From Mobula hypostoma (taxonomy: Eukaryota): 64,000 nucleotides of DNA. The notes under the pieces are model-generated. The model did not search any database, was not told the DNA's origin, and saw only the letters and a program-made list of their open reading frames with translations. Shown piece by piece: positions 61,395 to 64,000 of this stretch. Position numbers and translations under genes: made by a program. The stretch is taken from assembly GCF_963921235.1 (NCBI RefSeq), contig NC_086108.1:40860001-40924000 (forward strand), in the 5' to 3' direction. Numbering within the stretch: position 1 is the first letter of the stretch; each line of letters starts with the position of its first letter.

Positions 61395-61845
61395 GAAAAT
61401 CAAATATCTGGAGATGCTGGAAATCTGAAATAAAAACAGAAAAATGCTGGAAACTCTCTGCAGATCAGGTAGCAGCCATGGAAGGAGAAGCATTTAACAT
61501 TCTCGTTAGAACTGAAAAAAAAACAAGCTAATTTAGGTAGCAAACGGGACAGAGAGGGGCTGCTGAAATAAAGAATATTTAATTTCTCCCTGAGCGTGAG
61601 ACTGGATGAACAAGTGTGATGTTTAAGATCAGATTTAGCTTCATGTGTTCATTGCAAATGGTCAGACTGTCAATAGTACAGAATATACAGAAGGAGAAAA
61701 TTGAGAAAGGAAAAACTGAGCCAAAATAATTGTGGGCAAAAATTGCCAGTTTTCCTGTGCACAGAAAGAAAGAAACGATTATCTAAAATTGGAGAATTTA
61801 ATATTATGTCTTGCAGGCTGCAGCGTTCCCGGACAGAAGATGAAT
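61395..61845 (-). mobile_element. Ancient Neptune-type 3' end plus pLTR remnant
   Basis: Minus strand encodes ...GTLQPARHNIKFSNFR*; the pLTR end gatgctggaaatctgaaataaaaacagaaaaatgctgg lies at 61410-61450. Confidence 0.5.
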
Positions 61846-62754
61846 TGTTGCTTGTCATATTTATTGTGCATGTCCACAAGAAAATGAATTTCAGGGTTGT
61901 ATATGGTGACATATATGTATTTTGGCAATAAATTCACTTTGAACTTGTTCACAATCCTATCAGCAGGATTGGCAATGTGAACAGTAGTGCCCCCTACACT
62001 GTACCATGTTTTCCCTGTTCATTCCACATGTAAAATAATGCAAGAGAAGGGCACTTTGCATTTTTTCACTTTGAGGAATATAGTCCAGTTTAAAGGCATT
62101 TTCATTATTTTGGAAAAGGTATTACAGCAAAGAGGATGGAGGTTGTCAATCTGTTTGGTCAGGGTCAAGTGGGGTGGGAGGTTAGTGTACTTACAGAGGC
62201 CGAGGGGATATTATATGGCCTAGTAGATGTTCTTCTAGCAAGCCATCAGGAGATACTCCTTCCTTTTGGTCAAGGTAGAGTGGGACATGTTCCTGCTGTG
62301 AGCTGTGACCACCACAGTTAATTGTCCACCATCACTTTTATGACCATCCTCCAAGCAGCTGAATGCAAGTAAATGGCTCATCTTGAACCTTCAACTTCCA
62401 AAGACAAATCCAGTGTAGCAGACCTCCAGCATCATGTAGTCTGCACATTCTACATATTTCTTGAATGATATAACTGTGATTTGTACTGACTTAGTTGTTT
62501 GTGGGCATAGGAATGTGAATGAATCCATTCCTTATGCATTGAAATAGATCGGGCTGGGTGTGCACCACATCCCCTCTTTATCACTTGGAAATAATGCAAT
62601 GGGAGGAGCTATGGAATAATAAGAAGCTATGCTTCATTAAGGTTTTCTCAATTCAGATGTTTCAAAGATGCTTAAGTAAACTAGAAAATATGTAAAAACT
62701 TTAATGACATTAACTCAATATATCATAAATTCAAATGTACCTTCTCATAAAGAA

Positions 62755-63130
62755 AAGATCCTTCTTTTTCTTACCTCCTCCCTCTATTTCCACGTCTCCC
62801 TCTATTCTTTTATCAACTGCTCTTCCTTCCTTCTTTTATCTCTCCTTCCCATCACTGCCATTCTGCTTGTCGTTATTTTTTTTCCTTTTACTGATTTTTC
62901 CTCATTTCTCCCTCTTTCTATCCTTTTCTGTCACTCCCTGCTGTCCCCTTTCTCTTGCTTTCTCCCGCTATGCTCTCTCCAAAGCTTTCCCTAGCTCCCA
63001 TCCTTTGCCTATCCTCCCTCTGATTCTTGTTTCCTTATTTCCATCAGCCTCCTTTCTCCATATTCTAATTTCACACATTGTCTCTGTCTCCATTTCCCAG
63101 TTTCTCTCTCTGTAACTTGCCTGACCCCAC
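62755..63130 (+). repeat. Pyrimidine-rich low-complexity tract
   Basis: Strong C/T bias on the plus strand, which produces the spurious F/L/S/P-rich ORFs in the track. Confidence 0.7.
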
Positions 63131-63799
63131 CTCTTTCTGGTGGGACAATCTTGCTAACCTGCTATTTCCTCATTGCCCTACAAGTTATTCCCTGCTAGGT
63201 CTTTACCTAGTTCTTCTTTGGAGGACTGACTCTTTGCTTTTACTATCCTGTAAGCAGTGGACTGTAAATCATAGCCACTCTCTGGGCAAAGTGGTTTTCT
63301 TCATATACCCTTTGCATCATCTGGCTTTAACTTTAACCATTTTGTGTCTCTATCACTCCAAATCCTTTCCTGTCCCTTTATCTCTCTTGTTATTTTATTC
63401 TCTTCCTCTTCCCCTGAAGGACGTGCCACACCACAAATACACTCTAACCCTGGATGATTCTCATGCTAATACAAGCAGTCTCCATGTAAGAGAGGTTTAG
63501 TTTCAGAGCTCACAATGATGGGATTAACTCAGTCCCTGTGCTATCTGCTAAACTGAAGAGAGTATGCAGAACCTAATTCTCGGATTGAGCAATGTGGTTG
63601 TCTCAAAGCACTTGCCCTGTCTCAGCATCCAACCTGCACCAAGGATCAGAATCATAGGAACATGGTCTATAGCATGTACTTGTCCACATTTATATATCAC
63701 CAGCATTTTGTTCTGACTGTTCATGAACTTGGAGGGGCTACCAGAATGTTTTAGGATATTAGGTTTTTGGTCTTTTTAATGGTCCAAAGTCATTTACTG

Positions 63800-63992
63800 C
63801 CTTTCTCTTCCTCTCTCATTCCCTTTCTATCCCTCTCACTCTCTTTCTATCCCCCTCCCTCTCTTTCTATCCCCCTCCTATCTTTCTCCCTTCTCCCTCT
63901 CTCTTTCAGCATACTTCTGTTGCATTACTCCTTGGCCTTCCTTCTCTCCCTTGTTATTTCTACTCATTCCTCATTTCCTCTCTTCCCTTTGC
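63800..63992 (+). repeat. CT-rich low-complexity / short tandem repeat
   Basis: ctctttctatccccctcc repeated at about 63841-63880 within a polypyrimidine tract. Confidence 0.75.
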
Positions 63993-64000
63993 ATTCTCTA

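Noticed and set aside
62704..63500. Hydrophobic F/L/S-rich ORFs resembling membrane proteins
   Set aside because: Artefact of the pyrimidine-rich low-complexity sequence.
1..64000. CRISPR arrays, operons or other prokaryotic systems
   Set aside because: No regularly spaced repeat-spacer arrays or dense coding sequence; the content is vertebrate-type transposable elements.

Overview
Eukaryotic, repeat-dense genomic DNA with no supportable host protein-coding gene, rRNA or tRNA gene. The repeat complement (CR1 LINEs with esterase ORF1, Rex1/Babar LINEs, Neptune- and Poseidon-type Penelope-like elements, V-SINE/HE1-like SINEs, Tc1 and hAT derivatives, solo LTRs) suggests a cartilaginous fish, possibly a ray (inference), and an intergenic or deep-intronic location. 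Main elements: a young, nearly intact Neptune-type Penelope element (18895-23068, minus) with direct pseudo-LTRs, a 6-bp TSD and a minimal hammerhead ribozyme motif in each pLTR; a young 5'-truncated CR1 (10082-13334) nested in a Tc1 derivative; an inverted Neptune pair; a Poseidon-type element with inverted pLTRs nested in an old CR1; and a 319-bp palindromic hAT MITE. Most interesting signals: (1) a Rex1-type LINE copy (55274-55789) with a strand-specific A-to-G hypermutation signature resembling an ADAR-hyperedited RNA that was reverse-transcribed into the genome; (2) a canonical U_UUA_AAC slippery heptamer plus stop at the CR1 ORF1/ORF2 junction, in frame for a -1 shift into an ATG-less ORF2 and intact in 3 of 4 junctions in the window; (3) paired minimal hammerheads in the Penelope pLTRs. 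All counts and alignments were done by eye; boundaries of old repeats are approximate.
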